Assembly (NCBI GenBank): GCA_051382305.1
Contig: JBBCAV010000161.1
Coordinates: 1-10,819, forward strand
Origin: Bdellovibrionota bacterium FG-2
Lineage (GTDB): Bacteria; Bdellovibrionota; UBA1018
DNA length: 10,819 bases
Reading direction: 5' to 3'
Under the pieces are notes generated by a model, which was not told the origin of the DNA, did not search any database, and saw nothing but the letters and a program-made list of their open reading frames with translations. Position 1 is the first letter of the stretch. Each line of letters opens with the position of its first letter. This document shows, piece by piece, positions 1 through 7,866 of this stretch. Made by a program: the position numbers and the translations under genes.

Positions 1-663
1 CGCGGTGTTATTTTTCGCCTCGGTCGGGTGATTGGCGCAAAAGGGCCCGGCCTCATTGTGTTGATTCCTTTTGTGGACCGCATGATTCGCATTGATATGC
101 GGACGGTGACTTTGGATGTGCCTCCTCAGGATGTGATCAGTCGCGATAACGTGACGATCAAAGTGAATGCCGTGGTTTATTTTCGCGTGGTGGATCCTAA
201 TCGCGCCGTCGTGGATGTTGAGAATTATTTGATGGCCACTTCGAAGCTTGCGCAAACTACCCTGCGTTCTGTGCTGGGTCAGGTTGAGCTTGATGAGTTG
301 CTGGCCTCGCGCGATACCATCAACCATCGCTTGCAAGCGATCTTGGATAAGCAAACCGAACCTTGGGGCGTGAAAGTTTCAAACGTCGAAGTGAAGCAAA
401 TCGATCTGCCGACCGAAATGCAGCGAGCCATGGCTAGACAAGCTGAAGCGGAGCGTGAACGACGCGCCAAGATTATTGCGGCCGAAGGGGAACTTCAAGC
501 GTCTGAAAAACTGGCAGAAGCCGCACAGATTATGGAAGTCCGCCCGATGTCGCTTCAACTTCGCTATTTGCAAACCATTCGTGAAATGTCTTCCGAAAAG
601 GCGACAACGATGATTATTCCGTTTCCCATTGAGCTTTTACGGGGCTTTGCGGGAAAGAACTAA
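1..663 (+). CDS. SPFH/Band-7 (slipin/stomatin-like) membrane protein, 5'-truncated by the window edge
   Basis: The frame is open from base 1 ([18 protein letters not shown]...). Slipin-type motifs: [47 protein letters not shown], the coiled coil [24 protein letters not shown], and LQLRYLQT. The GTG at 28 is internal. Confidence 0.95.
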   Translation, partial: RGVIFRLGRVIGAKGPGLIVLIPFVDRMIRIDMRTVTLDVPPQDVISRDNVTIKVNAVVYFRVVDPNRAVVDVENYLMATSKLAQTTLRSVLGQVELDELLASRDTINHRLQAILDKQTEPWGVKVSNVEVKQIDLPTEMQRAMARQAEAERERRAKIIAAEGELQASEKLAEAAQIMEVRPMSLQLRYLQTIREMSSEKATTMIIPFPIELLRGFAGKN

Positions 664-1098
664 CTCTTGCATCACGGCTTTTAGGTCTGCCCAGGCCTCG
701 CGCTTGAGCACCGGGGTTTCCAAAAGTTCTGCCGGGTGAAAAGTCACCCTTAATTTTGTGCCCTGATAATCCAAAGAGCGGCCTCGTAGTTCGGAAAAAA
801 GTTTGTCCGTTCGTAAAAGCGCCCTGGCAGAATCAATCCCAAGGGCAATGACGAATTTAGGTAGTGCGGCAGCGTCAAAGGGGGTGGAGAGCGTCTCAGT
901 TCGCAGGACTTGTTCGGGCTTCATTCCCATGGCTTCTATCATTTTGTCCAAAAGTTGAGCGGCAGGAGTGCCGCCAGTAATGTCCGCTCCGACAAAGACG
1001 ATGTCGGCATAACTGGTTTTTTTTGGAGCGCCCTGCGGTGCGGCTTGAGTCATGATGAGCGCGTGGGGGGGGAGAAACCCCGTCCAAAGATTTGTCAT
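637..1098 (-). CDS. Uracil-DNA glycosylase family 4-like protein, degenerate (lacks Fe-S cysteines and catalytic motif A)
   Basis: Retains [43 protein letters not shown] and KREAWADL, which match the family-4 UDG scaffold. The GE(A/G)PG motif reads GADIT and the protein contains no Cys. Confidence 0.75.
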   Translation of the reverse strand: MTNLWTGFLPPHALIMTQAAPQGAPKKTSYADIVFVGADITGGTPAAQLLDKMIEAMGMKPEQVLRTETLSTPFDAAALPKFVIALGIDSARALLRTDKLFSELRGRSLDYQGTKLRVTFHPAELLETPVLKREAWADLKAVMQELVLSRKAP

Positions 1099-1112
1099 GC
1101 AGCGACTATCCG

Positions 1113-1121
1113 TGATACCTT
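1113..1121 (+). promoter_or_regulatory. Putative extended -10 promoter (TG-a-TACCTT) giving a leaderless transcript of the downstream OMP gene
   Basis: TGnTAnnnT match lies 7 nt upstream of GTG 1129, with no Shine-Dalgarno in between. Confidence 0.35.
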
Positions 1122-1128
1122 TATTAAA

Positions 1129-1668
1129 GTGAAGAGTTTATTTTTAATCTTTGTTTGTCTGCTCGTGTTTGTACTTCCTTCGCGGCCCGCCAAGGCCTCA
1201 ATTTGGATTGAAGGTGCGTTTACAGCCCTTCGGACAAGCGATGACGCTCAGGGGGTGGCAAAGAGCGATTTTCGATTCTTAAACACTGCGACGTTTGGGT
1301 ATTCGGCTTTGCAGGGGTTTTTGCTTGGAATCCAGTATTTGGGATCGGCTTCGACGGGCAATCACGAGCGGAGTTGGGCGTGGGGCCCTAAGGGCGGCTT
1401 GCTGATCAAGGGCTTTGAGTTGACAGCGGCTTATCTGCCCAGCGGGCGAGACTTCTCGGGTAATGTCGCGCGAACCGGCGGGGGGTACGCGATCAATCTC
1501 GGCTATACGTATCCTATTTGGGGCGTGTTTGAAGTTGGGCTCTATGGAGTCTATTGGTCGATGACTTATGTTTCAGCCCAGGTGGACGGTGAGGCATCGG
1601 TGGATCTGAGCGAGAAACAGCATCGCAGCACGCTTGCGCCTATGTTGTCGGTGGCGTTTCAGTTTTAA
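1129..1668 (+). CDS. Outer-membrane beta-barrel protein (probably small, 8-stranded), 179 aa
   Basis: Start reassigned from 910 to GTG 1129, which avoids overlap with the UDG-like gene and gives a Sec signal peptide MKSLFLIFVCLLVFVLPSRPAKA. Alternating Gly/aromatic strands (INLGYTY, FEVGLYGVY) and C-terminal beta-signal LSVAFQF. Confidence 0.8.
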   Translation: MKSLFLIFVCLLVFVLPSRPAKASIWIEGAFTALRTSDDAQGVAKSDFRFLNTATFGYSALQGFLLGIQYLGSASTGNHERSWAWGPKGGLLIKGFELTAAYLPSGRDFSGNVARTGGGYAINLGYTYPIWGVFEVGLYGVYWSMTYVSAQVDGEASVDLSEKQHRSTLAPMLSVAFQF

Positions 1669-2380
1669 GCCTCGGAATCCCCATGAGCCATTGCCTCAGA
1701 GCCCTCATAAACTCGTGATCTTCGGTATCGAACTCTCCGTAAGCGACATAGTCACGACCGTTTTCGGCGACTTCATTAGAAATAATGCTGACGGCTTTGA
1801 CCGTGCCAGGGCCCGCGATTTCATCCAAAATTTCTCCCGAAACTCGAAAGAGCATGCCGCGAGGGAGGAGGTGTCGACCGATGAGCTGCACCCCAAGCTC
1901 GTCGATTTCAGTGATTTCACATTTGACGGAAATTTTGACTTCAGATTTTTCGATGGGGACTTTGGTATAGCTTGTGGCAAATTCATTGAGTTCAGGCGCA
2001 TTAACAAAGAACGCAAGTTTAGTGCCCAAGAGTCGTCGGTCAAGCGGTTTAACAACATAGTCATTGGCACCCAAATTTAAGGCCTCAGCAACGGTTTTTG
2101 AGAGCCCGTCCCCAGAAATGACGAGAATTGGGGCCGCGATGCTCATCTGATTGCGCAAAGTGGAAATGATGTCGAGTCCGCTACCCATTTCTCCCAAGTT
2201 GAGATCAATTAAAAACAAATCCGGAGATTGGCTGCGAGTGGCAGCCAGTAGATCTTCGGGTGATTTAAAGAGCTTGCATTGAATCCCGAATTTGGGCAGC
2301 GCGGCTTCAAAGGCCACTTGAAAGATGGGATCATCATCAATGGCATAACAGATCTTTTTCCCGCCCACCATCACAGCCAT
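1640..2380 (-). CDS. Response regulator: REC domain plus C-terminal beta-rich (degenerate PilZ-like) domain
   Basis: REC motifs AIDDD, LFLIDLNL (phospho-Asp), VISG and DYVVKP. ATG 2380 is 6 nt from AGGAG (2387-2391) and overlaps the upstream stop (TGATG). Alternative start GTG 2383. Confidence 0.9.
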   Translation of the reverse strand: MAVMVGGKKICYAIDDDPIFQVAFEAALPKFGIQCKLFKSPEDLLAATRSQSPDLFLIDLNLGEMGSGLDIISTLRNQMSIAAPILVISGDGLSKTVAEALNLGANDYVVKPLDRRLLGTKLAFFVNAPELNEFATSYTKVPIEKSEVKISVKCEITEIDELGVQLIGRHLLPRGMLFRVSGEILDEIAGPGTVKAVSIISNEVAENGRDYVAYGEFDTEDHEFMRALRQWLMGIPRLKTETPPTT

Positions 2381-3066
2381 CACCAGCTCCTTAGCAGTTC
2401 GCGGAGAGCCTTTATTTTAGGACTCTCAAGTCCAATCATGCTTATCACGGTCTGATAGCTCCCCGGTTCCGTAAGTCTCATCGGGGTTGGGACTGTCTTC
2501 ATCGGGGTGGTTGCGCATCCCATCTCTTCGATGATCGGGGCCTTGATTTCGATTTCTGCGTCCGTTCCGAGCCGAACTTTCGTTTGAACGATGAGGCCGG
2601 ATTCGTTGGCCATGAGCAGGGTGCCGTCAATGACAATGGAAATTTTGGGGCGCGGTTTCGTACTAAATTTTCGCGACTTAAAGGCGCTGTTTTTTAGTGC
2701 TTTTTTCACCTTTTGAATCATGAGGCTGGTCTTAAAGGGTTTGGTGATATAATCGACCGCCGTAAGAGCGATGGCACGCTGAACCGAAGGCATGTCTTTT
2801 TGCCCGCTCATGACGATGGCTGGAATATTCTTTAATACCGGGTCCTTGTTTTTTTGGAACAAGAAAAAGAATCCATCTTTATCGGGCATGATCAGATCCG
2901 TAATGATCAGATGGGGCAGTATTTTTCGGGCTATCTTGAGTCCGTCTTCGGCATTGGCACAATCAAAGACGTTTGCGAAGTCGCCTTCAAGAATTTTACG
3001 CGCCAGGAGTCTTACGTCGGGTGCGTCGTCGATGATGAGGATGGTTTTTGCTTTAAGCGACAGCAT
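2380..3066 (-). CDS. Response regulator: REC domain plus C-terminal beta-rich (degenerate PilZ-like) domain
   Basis: REC motifs LIIDD, LIITDLIMP (phospho-Asp), VMSG and DYITKP. The ~100 aa tail has no recognisable HTH. Confidence 0.9.
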   Translation of the reverse strand: MLSLKAKTILIIDDAPDVRLLARKILEGDFANVFDCANAEDGLKIARKILPHLIITDLIMPDKDGFFFLFQKNKDPVLKNIPAIVMSGQKDMPSVQRAIALTAVDYITKPFKTSLMIQKVKKALKNSAFKSRKFSTKPRPKISIVIDGTLLMANESGLIVQTKVRLGTDAEIEIKAPIIEEMGCATTPMKTVPTPMRLTEPGSYQTVISMIGLESPKIKALRELLRSW

Positions 3067-3080
3067 GAGTTCTTAGCTTC

Positions 3081-3437
3081 TCAAGTTTCTATTCCAGCTA
3101 GGGTTTTGAGTTCAGCTTGTGCCGCTTCAAATTCACGCTCTAAGAGCGCAATTTTCTCGCTGGCTTGCCTAATGTCGCCCGCATCTCCCATCTCTTGAAG
3201 CTCCTTGCAAAGTGCGGAGATGGACATGGCGCCCAGACTTGCGGAGCTGGATTTGAGGGTGTGCGCTTCGATTCGAAGTTTTTTGGCGTCGTTTTCTGAA
3301 AACGCAGTCTTCATCTTGGCAATATATTGTGGCGTGAGATTGATAAAAAGCTCGACGAGTTGTTTGAGTAGGCCCGGCTGCTCAGAATCAAGTTCCAAGA
3401 TTCCGGCTAGCGCTTCTTGGTCAATCGGCATGGGCAT
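3081..3437 (-). CDS. Stand-alone Hpt (histidine phosphotransfer) protein
   Basis: Canonical Hpt signature LRIEAHTLKSSSASLGA..IS.LC.ELQ. AAGGAG SD precedes ATG 3437 (or ATG 3431). The ORF-track TTG at 3482 falls in a -35 box. Confidence 0.92.
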   Translation of the reverse strand: MPMPIDQEALAGILELDSEQPGLLKQLVELFINLTPQYIAKMKTAFSENDAKKLRIEAHTLKSSSASLGAMSISALCKELQEMGDAGDIRQASEKIALLEREFEAAQAELKTLAGIET

Positions 3438-3453
3438 GGCTCTCCTTAAGAAA

Positions 3454-3482
3454 ATTCTATCTGAGCCAGCGAATTCTGCCAA
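3454..3482 (-). promoter_or_regulatory. Sigma70-type promoter TTGGCA-N17-TAGAAT for the hpt-RR-RR unit
   Basis: Minus strand: -35 at 3482-3477 (5/6 match), exact 17-nt spacer, -10 at 3459-3454 (5/6 match), immediately upstream of the SD. Confidence 0.7.
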
Positions 3483-3495
3483 TGATTTTGACGAT

Positions 3496-3744
3496 TTATT
3501 GCAGCCGGTGCATGACGTTTCTCGCCTTCACTCCGCACTCCGGGCAACGGGCGGTCTCTTGTGTAAGGTTGCGCACAAAGTCAGTTGAGTAATTGAAGTG
3601 GAGGTTAGCACCGCAAATCGCACAGTGAGTATAACGTGCCACTGCGTCCTTTGCGGTGCCTTGAAAATGGAGTAACATTAAAGATTCAGGAGCCGCGAAT
3701 TCTTGCGTTTCCTGCACTTCGTCTATCTCGTTTCGCTCATCCAT
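3496..3744 (-). CDS. Small hypothetical protein with CxxC-N22-CxxC (zinc-ribbon-like), 82 aa
   Basis: AAAGGAG SD 7 nt upstream of ATG. CAIC and CPEC pairs, acidic N-terminus, fills the gap co-directionally with hpt. Confidence 0.8.
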   Translation of the reverse strand: MDERNEIDEVQETQEFAAPESLMLLHFQGTAKDAVARYTHCAICGANLHFNYSTDFVRNLTQETARCPECGVKARNVMHRLQ

Positions 3745-3807
3745 TTTCGTGCTCCTTTGTTCTCTCGTCAGGCCTCATGTGTGGTCAGGGCGGGCCGTAC
3801 AAAACAT

Positions 3808-3834
3808 CTTTCGGAAGGTTGCCCGGATTACTAA
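3808..3834 (-). promoter_or_regulatory. Possible sigma28 (FliA)-type promoter TTAG-N15-TCCGAAAG
   Basis: Exact 15-nt spacing and CCGA core versus consensus TAAA-N15-GCCGATAA (2/4 and 5/8 matches), about 60 nt upstream of the CxxC gene. Confidence 0.35.
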
Positions 3835-3967
3835 ACGGGAAAGATTTGCAGGGTGGTTTTGGTAATAGGTTGGTGGAAACGTCAATTTGTTAACGCTTTG
3901 TTTTATGGCGTGTTTGCGCTTTTTTGCGCATAATCATGAGGTGGGCTGGAAGCCCGAGGAGATTGCA

Positions 3968-5269
3968 TTGGCAATGGCGAAGAGAAGGATTCTCTATTAT
4001 TGGTTATTTCCCATTCTCATAACAATGGCCATAGGCGCAGAGAGCGCGTTTGCTTTTGTTGAGCGAGCCCCCCAAATTCGGTTGGCTCCCCAAGCGGCTT
4101 CTTCTTTACAAATTCGAGTCAAACTCGCTGATGCGCTTCCTCACGTTCAACTGCGCGGTTTTGATTTGCGCCTTTCTGAAAAACAAGTAACCGACGCTTC
4201 AAGGTTCGTAGATAAGATGAGTGAGTGGGAGTTTCGTTGCCAAGAGGGGCGGATTCGCGCGACTTCGCCGCGTCTTGAGGGAAAGACGCTGGATCTTGCT
4301 GAGCCCGTGGTCGTGCAAACCCCAGCCGGATTCTTGAGTTTTCGCGGTATGCCTTATCGTGAAACGCTTAAGATCTATTCGCAGGGTTCGTTTTGCGAGG
4401 TCATTAATGAAGTGGACCTAGAGAAGTATTTGGATGGACTGGTGAATGCCGAGTTTTCATCTAAGTGGAATGAAGAAGCGATCGCCGCCCAAGTGGTTGC
4501 AGCCCGCACTTATGCTTATTATAAAATGAAGCATGTGCGCGAGGCGGATCCCCAGGCGCACTACGATGTGGATTCCACGGTGATCGACCAGGTATATGAC
4601 GGCTCCATTAAAGAGGATTTTAGGGCATCCAAGAGTGTGGCGCGCACTCGGGGTTGGATATTGACTGAGAGTCGCGCATCCGCAACCCCCATAAAAGCTT
4701 TCTATCATTCGACCTGTGGCGGTGGGACGGATACGCCTGAGCGTGTCTGGGGGGAGCGCTATCCGGGCTTCAAACGAGGCGTTTCTTGTGGGTATTGCAC
4801 AAGTTCTCCCCAGTTTAGGTGGAATTTTGAGCTTCGGGCTTCGGACGTGGTCGCGGGTTTTCGACGAGGGGTGGCTATTGATGGAGCTGCGGGAGGCTGG
4901 CGAAAAGATTGGTCGGCTATTCTGAAGCTCGGACGCTTGGGCGATTTACAAGTTTTAGGAGATTCCCGCTCGGGTCGGGCGACAAAAGTTCGTACTTTTT
5001 GGAGGGATGCCTTGGGGGGGTGGGCAGAATTGTCGGTTTCCTCTGCGCGGTTTCGGGGCTGGATGGGGTCGGAGCGACTCAAAAGTACGGGATTTCAAGT
5101 GTCCCCTTTGATGGGCACCGCGGGCGTATGGCGCGTCGAGGGCCGGGGCTTTGGCCACGGGGTCGGAATGTGCCAATACGGCGCAAAAACGATGGGTGAA
5201 AAGGGATTTAATGTGTCTTCGATTCTGAGATACTATTACCCGGACGCAGAACTTCGCAAATTGTGGTAG
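3968..5269 (+). CDS. SpoIID/LytB domain protein (lytic transglycosylase family), exported or membrane anchored
   Basis: Motifs VINEVDLEKYLDGLVNAE (catalytic Glu position), AQVVAARTYA, DQVYDG, FYHSTCGG, GRGFGHGVGMCQYGA and ILRYYYP. GAGGAG at 3956-3961 favours TTG 3968 or ATG 3974. N-terminal basic plus hydrophobic signal. Confidence 0.92.
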   Translation: MAMAKRRILYYWLFPILITMAIGAESAFAFVERAPQIRLAPQAASSLQIRVKLADALPHVQLRGFDLRLSEKQVTDASRFVDKMSEWEFRCQEGRIRATSPRLEGKTLDLAEPVVVQTPAGFLSFRGMPYRETLKIYSQGSFCEVINEVDLEKYLDGLVNAEFSSKWNEEAIAAQVVAARTYAYYKMKHVREADPQAHYDVDSTVIDQVYDGSIKEDFRASKSVARTRGWILTESRASATPIKAFYHSTCGGGTDTPERVWGERYPGFKRGVSCGYCTSSPQFRWNFELRASDVVAGFRRGVAIDGAAGGWRKDWSAILKLGRLGDLQVLGDSRSGRATKVRTFWRDALGGWAELSVSSARFRGWMGSERLKSTGFQVSPLMGTAGVWRVEGRGFGHGVGMCQYGAKTMGEKGFNVSSILRYYYPDAELRKLW

Positions 5270-5281
5270 GGCTTTGGGAGC

Positions 5282-6349
5282 ATGAAATTTGCTTTCATTC
5301 TCTCAGATTTTGATTTCGTTTTGCCCGAACGGCTGATTGCGCAAAAACCTGCCCATCCTCGGGACGGCTCGCGGCTTTTGGTCATTGATCGCCAAAACCA
5401 AAAGATTGAACATCGAATGTTTGAAGACATTCTTGAGTATTTTGGAGAAGGCGATGTCCTCGTCGCCAATAACTCGCGCGTGATTCGTGCCCGCTTGCTC
5501 GGAAAGCGCGTTCGCGCGGAGGGAAGTGCAAGGTTATTGGGTGGCAAGGTGGAGTGTTTCCTGCTCGAAAAACTCGAACCCTGCGTTTGGGAGTGTCTGT
5601 TTCATGCGAGTGCCAAATATGTTTCTGGGCTTGAATTCGAAGTTCCGAATTCCAACGGCTCCCCGATCAAGGGTGTGCTTATTCGGGGTGTCAGTGAATC
5701 CCCAAATGGCACGGTGGTTGTACGCTTTGATCAAGATCCTGTCGAAGCGGGAGTAGGAGCTTTGCCGCTCCCTCCTTATATTGGGCGAGTGCCTGAGGTG
5801 CAGGATCAAACGAGTTATCAGACCGTTTATGCAAAAGAGGAGGGCTCCGTTGCGGCGCCCACGGCGGGGCTGCATTTTTCGCCCGAACTGCTTGCGCGTT
5901 TGAAAGCATCTGGCGTTTTGTGGCAGGAGCTTACCCTTCATGTGGGTTTGGGCACTTTTCGTCCGGTGAAGACTGAAAATATTTTGGAGCATCAGATGCA
6001 TTCCGAGAGGTACGCGGTTTCTCCCCATGTTTCGGCGGCACTCGCGCAAGCGAAAACGATGGGTAAGCGGGTTTGTGCGGTGGGGACGACCTCGGTTAGA
6101 ACACTGGAAAGTGCGTGTGAGGGCGGCGAGATTCGCGAGGGTGCGGGACGTACGGAGATTTTCATTTATCCGGGCTATTCGTTTAAGTATGTGGATCGGT
6201 TGCTCACAAATTTTCATTTGCCCAAGTCCACTTTGTTGATGCTCGTCAGTGCTTTTGCCGGTCACGAACTGGTCATGCGAGCCTATCAGGAGGCGGTCGC
6301 GCGCGAGTACCGGTTTTTTAGTTATGGCGACGCGATGTTGGTTTTGTAA
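5282..6349 (+). CDS. queA: S-adenosylmethionine:tRNA ribosyltransferase-isomerase QueA
   Basis: Motifs SDFDFVLPERLIAQKP, NNSRVIRARL, PLPPYI, YQTVYA, GSVAAPTAGLHF, TLHVGLGTFRPV, AVGTTSVRTLE, TNFHLPKSTL and YRFFSYGDAML. Confidence 0.98.
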   Translation: MKFAFILSDFDFVLPERLIAQKPAHPRDGSRLLVIDRQNQKIEHRMFEDILEYFGEGDVLVANNSRVIRARLLGKRVRAEGSARLLGGKVECFLLEKLEPCVWECLFHASAKYVSGLEFEVPNSNGSPIKGVLIRGVSESPNGTVVVRFDQDPVEAGVGALPLPPYIGRVPEVQDQTSYQTVYAKEEGSVAAPTAGLHFSPELLARLKASGVLWQELTLHVGLGTFRPVKTENILEHQMHSERYAVSPHVSAALAQAKTMGKRVCAVGTTSVRTLESACEGGEIREGAGRTEIFIYPGYSFKYVDRLLTNFHLPKSTLLMLVSAFAGHELVMRAYQEAVAREYRFFSYGDAMLVL

Positions 6350-6383
6350 CTCTTTGTAAATAGGCGGCGGGAGAGGTTTTAAG

Positions 6384-7064
6384 ATGATTGAAGAAAAGTT
6401 AGAAGTAGGGCCATTTCAGCAGAATTGTAGAATTTTAGCCTGTCCCGTTACGGGAGAAGCTGTGGTGGTGGATCCGGGAGATAATGCCCCTGAAATTGTG
6501 GGCAGGCTTGTGCGACTCAAAACAAAGGACGGGAAATCTCTCAATGTGAAAATGCTGCTTCATACCCATGCGCACTTGGATCATGTGGGTGGGACCCGAG
6601 CTTTAAAAGAGTTGTTGCAGCCGGGCTGTCAGCCCCTCATCGCGCTTCATCCAGATGCTCACGCGATGTATTTAGAGTTGGCGTCGCAATCAAAATTTTT
6701 CGGCTTGAAGTATGGCACCCCGTTGCCAGTCGATCGTTTTTTGAAGGACGGTGAAATTTTCGCCGTGGGCACGCTTGAGTTTAGGGTCATACACACTCCC
6801 GGGCATTCGCCGGGCGGAGTTTGTTTTCATGTTGTTGAGAAATCTCCGGCCGGCACTCCGAGTTCCGAGCTCTTGCTCTCAGGCGATACCCTTTTTCAGG
6901 GAAGCATCGGGCGAACCGATCTCATGGGGGGAGACTACGCGCAGTTGATTTCGAGTGTCAAAAAGCGACTTCTGCCGTTGGAGGGCTCGCTTCGTGTGTG
7001 TTCGGGGCACGGCCCAGATACGACTATTGGGGAAGAGCGGGAGCACAATCCGTTTCTGCGCTAA
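6384..7064 (+). CDS. MBL-fold metallo-hydrolase (glyoxalase II / YcbL-like)
   Basis: Motifs VVDPG, THAHLDH, HTPGHSPG, SGDTLF.GSIGRTD, GHGPDTTIG.E and NPFL. GGAGAGG SD upstream. Confidence 0.95.
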   Translation: MIEEKLEVGPFQQNCRILACPVTGEAVVVDPGDNAPEIVGRLVRLKTKDGKSLNVKMLLHTHAHLDHVGGTRALKELLQPGCQPLIALHPDAHAMYLELASQSKFFGLKYGTPLPVDRFLKDGEIFAVGTLEFRVIHTPGHSPGGVCFHVVEKSPAGTPSSELLLSGDTLFQGSIGRTDLMGGDYAQLISSVKKRLLPLEGSLRVCSGHGPDTTIGEEREHNPFLR

Positions 7065-7068
7065 ACCC

Positions 7069-7866
7069 CTAAAAATCTCCGATTGAAGGAAGCCCCACCC
7101 AACGGATTGCCCCCGCAATGGCGAGGCCAGGATCGGCGCTGCTAGAAGTGTAAACGCCACCGGCCAAGGTAAGGGCCCATTCGTTATAAGATTTTTTCAA
7201 AAACAAAAGGGCCTGCTGGTTTGCAGACCCCTGAGTGCTCATGCGCTCCCGCGAATAGGCGAGGCCAAATTTTGAACGGCTCAAAAGGGCCTCCGGGAGA
7301 CTCGCGCCCAAAGCAACGCTTTCGCTAAAAAGTGTGTCTCCGTTTGGGGCGCCATAAAGAGAGCTGCTCTCATCGGCAAAAGGCTTTAAGGTTTGGGCCG
7401 AAGTGCTGTGCGAGAGGGTTTGGATGCGAAAGGTGTTTTGACTAAATACATTCGCATATCCGAAAGCGGCGCGGTTTTCGACATACCCCCTCGAGAGGCG
7501 CCCCCGGCATTCTGAAATCGAACAATCCTGCGTGTCTAGCTTGGTGTTTCTGACAGAAGTGAACTGCCCAATGGAGAAGCCAAAAAATGAAACGGGAAAA
7601 ATCTCAAGGGCGGTCTCCTCTAGAGAGACGAAGCCTGAGGATTGCAGTTTGGCGGTCGGGCGCAGGTAGCCGTAAAAAAAGTTGGTAGGTGTCTTCTCGC
7701 CCCACAGAGGAACCTCAAATCCTCCAGAGACCTGCGTTGCAAGACCCAAGGGGAACGAGCGCCCAATGAGGGCTAAGTTTTAGTCAAGTTCGGCCGAGGC
7801 GAGGCTGGGGAGGCGGATCAAGACCGCAAGAACGATAAATCTGGTTCCGACTCTTATTTTACTCAT
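7069..7866 (-). pseudogene. Putative secreted/outer-membrane protein gene interrupted by one in-frame TAA (codon 29, 7782-7780). Could be a pseudogene or a sequence error.
   Basis: ATG 7866 overlaps the tcdA stop (ATGA) and reads MSKIRVGTRFIVLAVLIRLPSLASA-ELD*NLALIGRSFPLGLATQ..., staying in frame with ORF 7069..7749. The product is rich in amphipathic beta-strands and ends in Phe. Confidence 0.7.

Noticed and set aside
910..1128. N-terminal 73 codons of ORF 910..1668
   Set aside because: They overlap the UDG-like gene on the opposite strand, and the signal peptide begins at GTG 1129.
1634..2080. 148-aa plus-strand ORF and other short ORFs in 1705-3588
   Set aside because: Antisense or alternate-frame shadows of well-supported RR and Hpt genes, with no motifs.
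3438..3482. Extended Hpt start at TTG 3482, and a possible sigma54 site at TGGCA
   Set aside because: The TTG is within a -35 box and the SD lies downstream. GG-to-GC spacing is 8 nt, not the 10 required for sigma54.
3887..3967. Extended SpoIID N-terminus
   Set aside because: The SD at 3956-3961 and the signal sequence position favour 3968 or 3974. The upstream part looks like promoter DNA (CATAAT at 3929-3934).
5534..6265. 243-aa antisense ORF inside queA
   Set aside because: Mirror-frame shadow of a conserved gene, with no recognisable domain.
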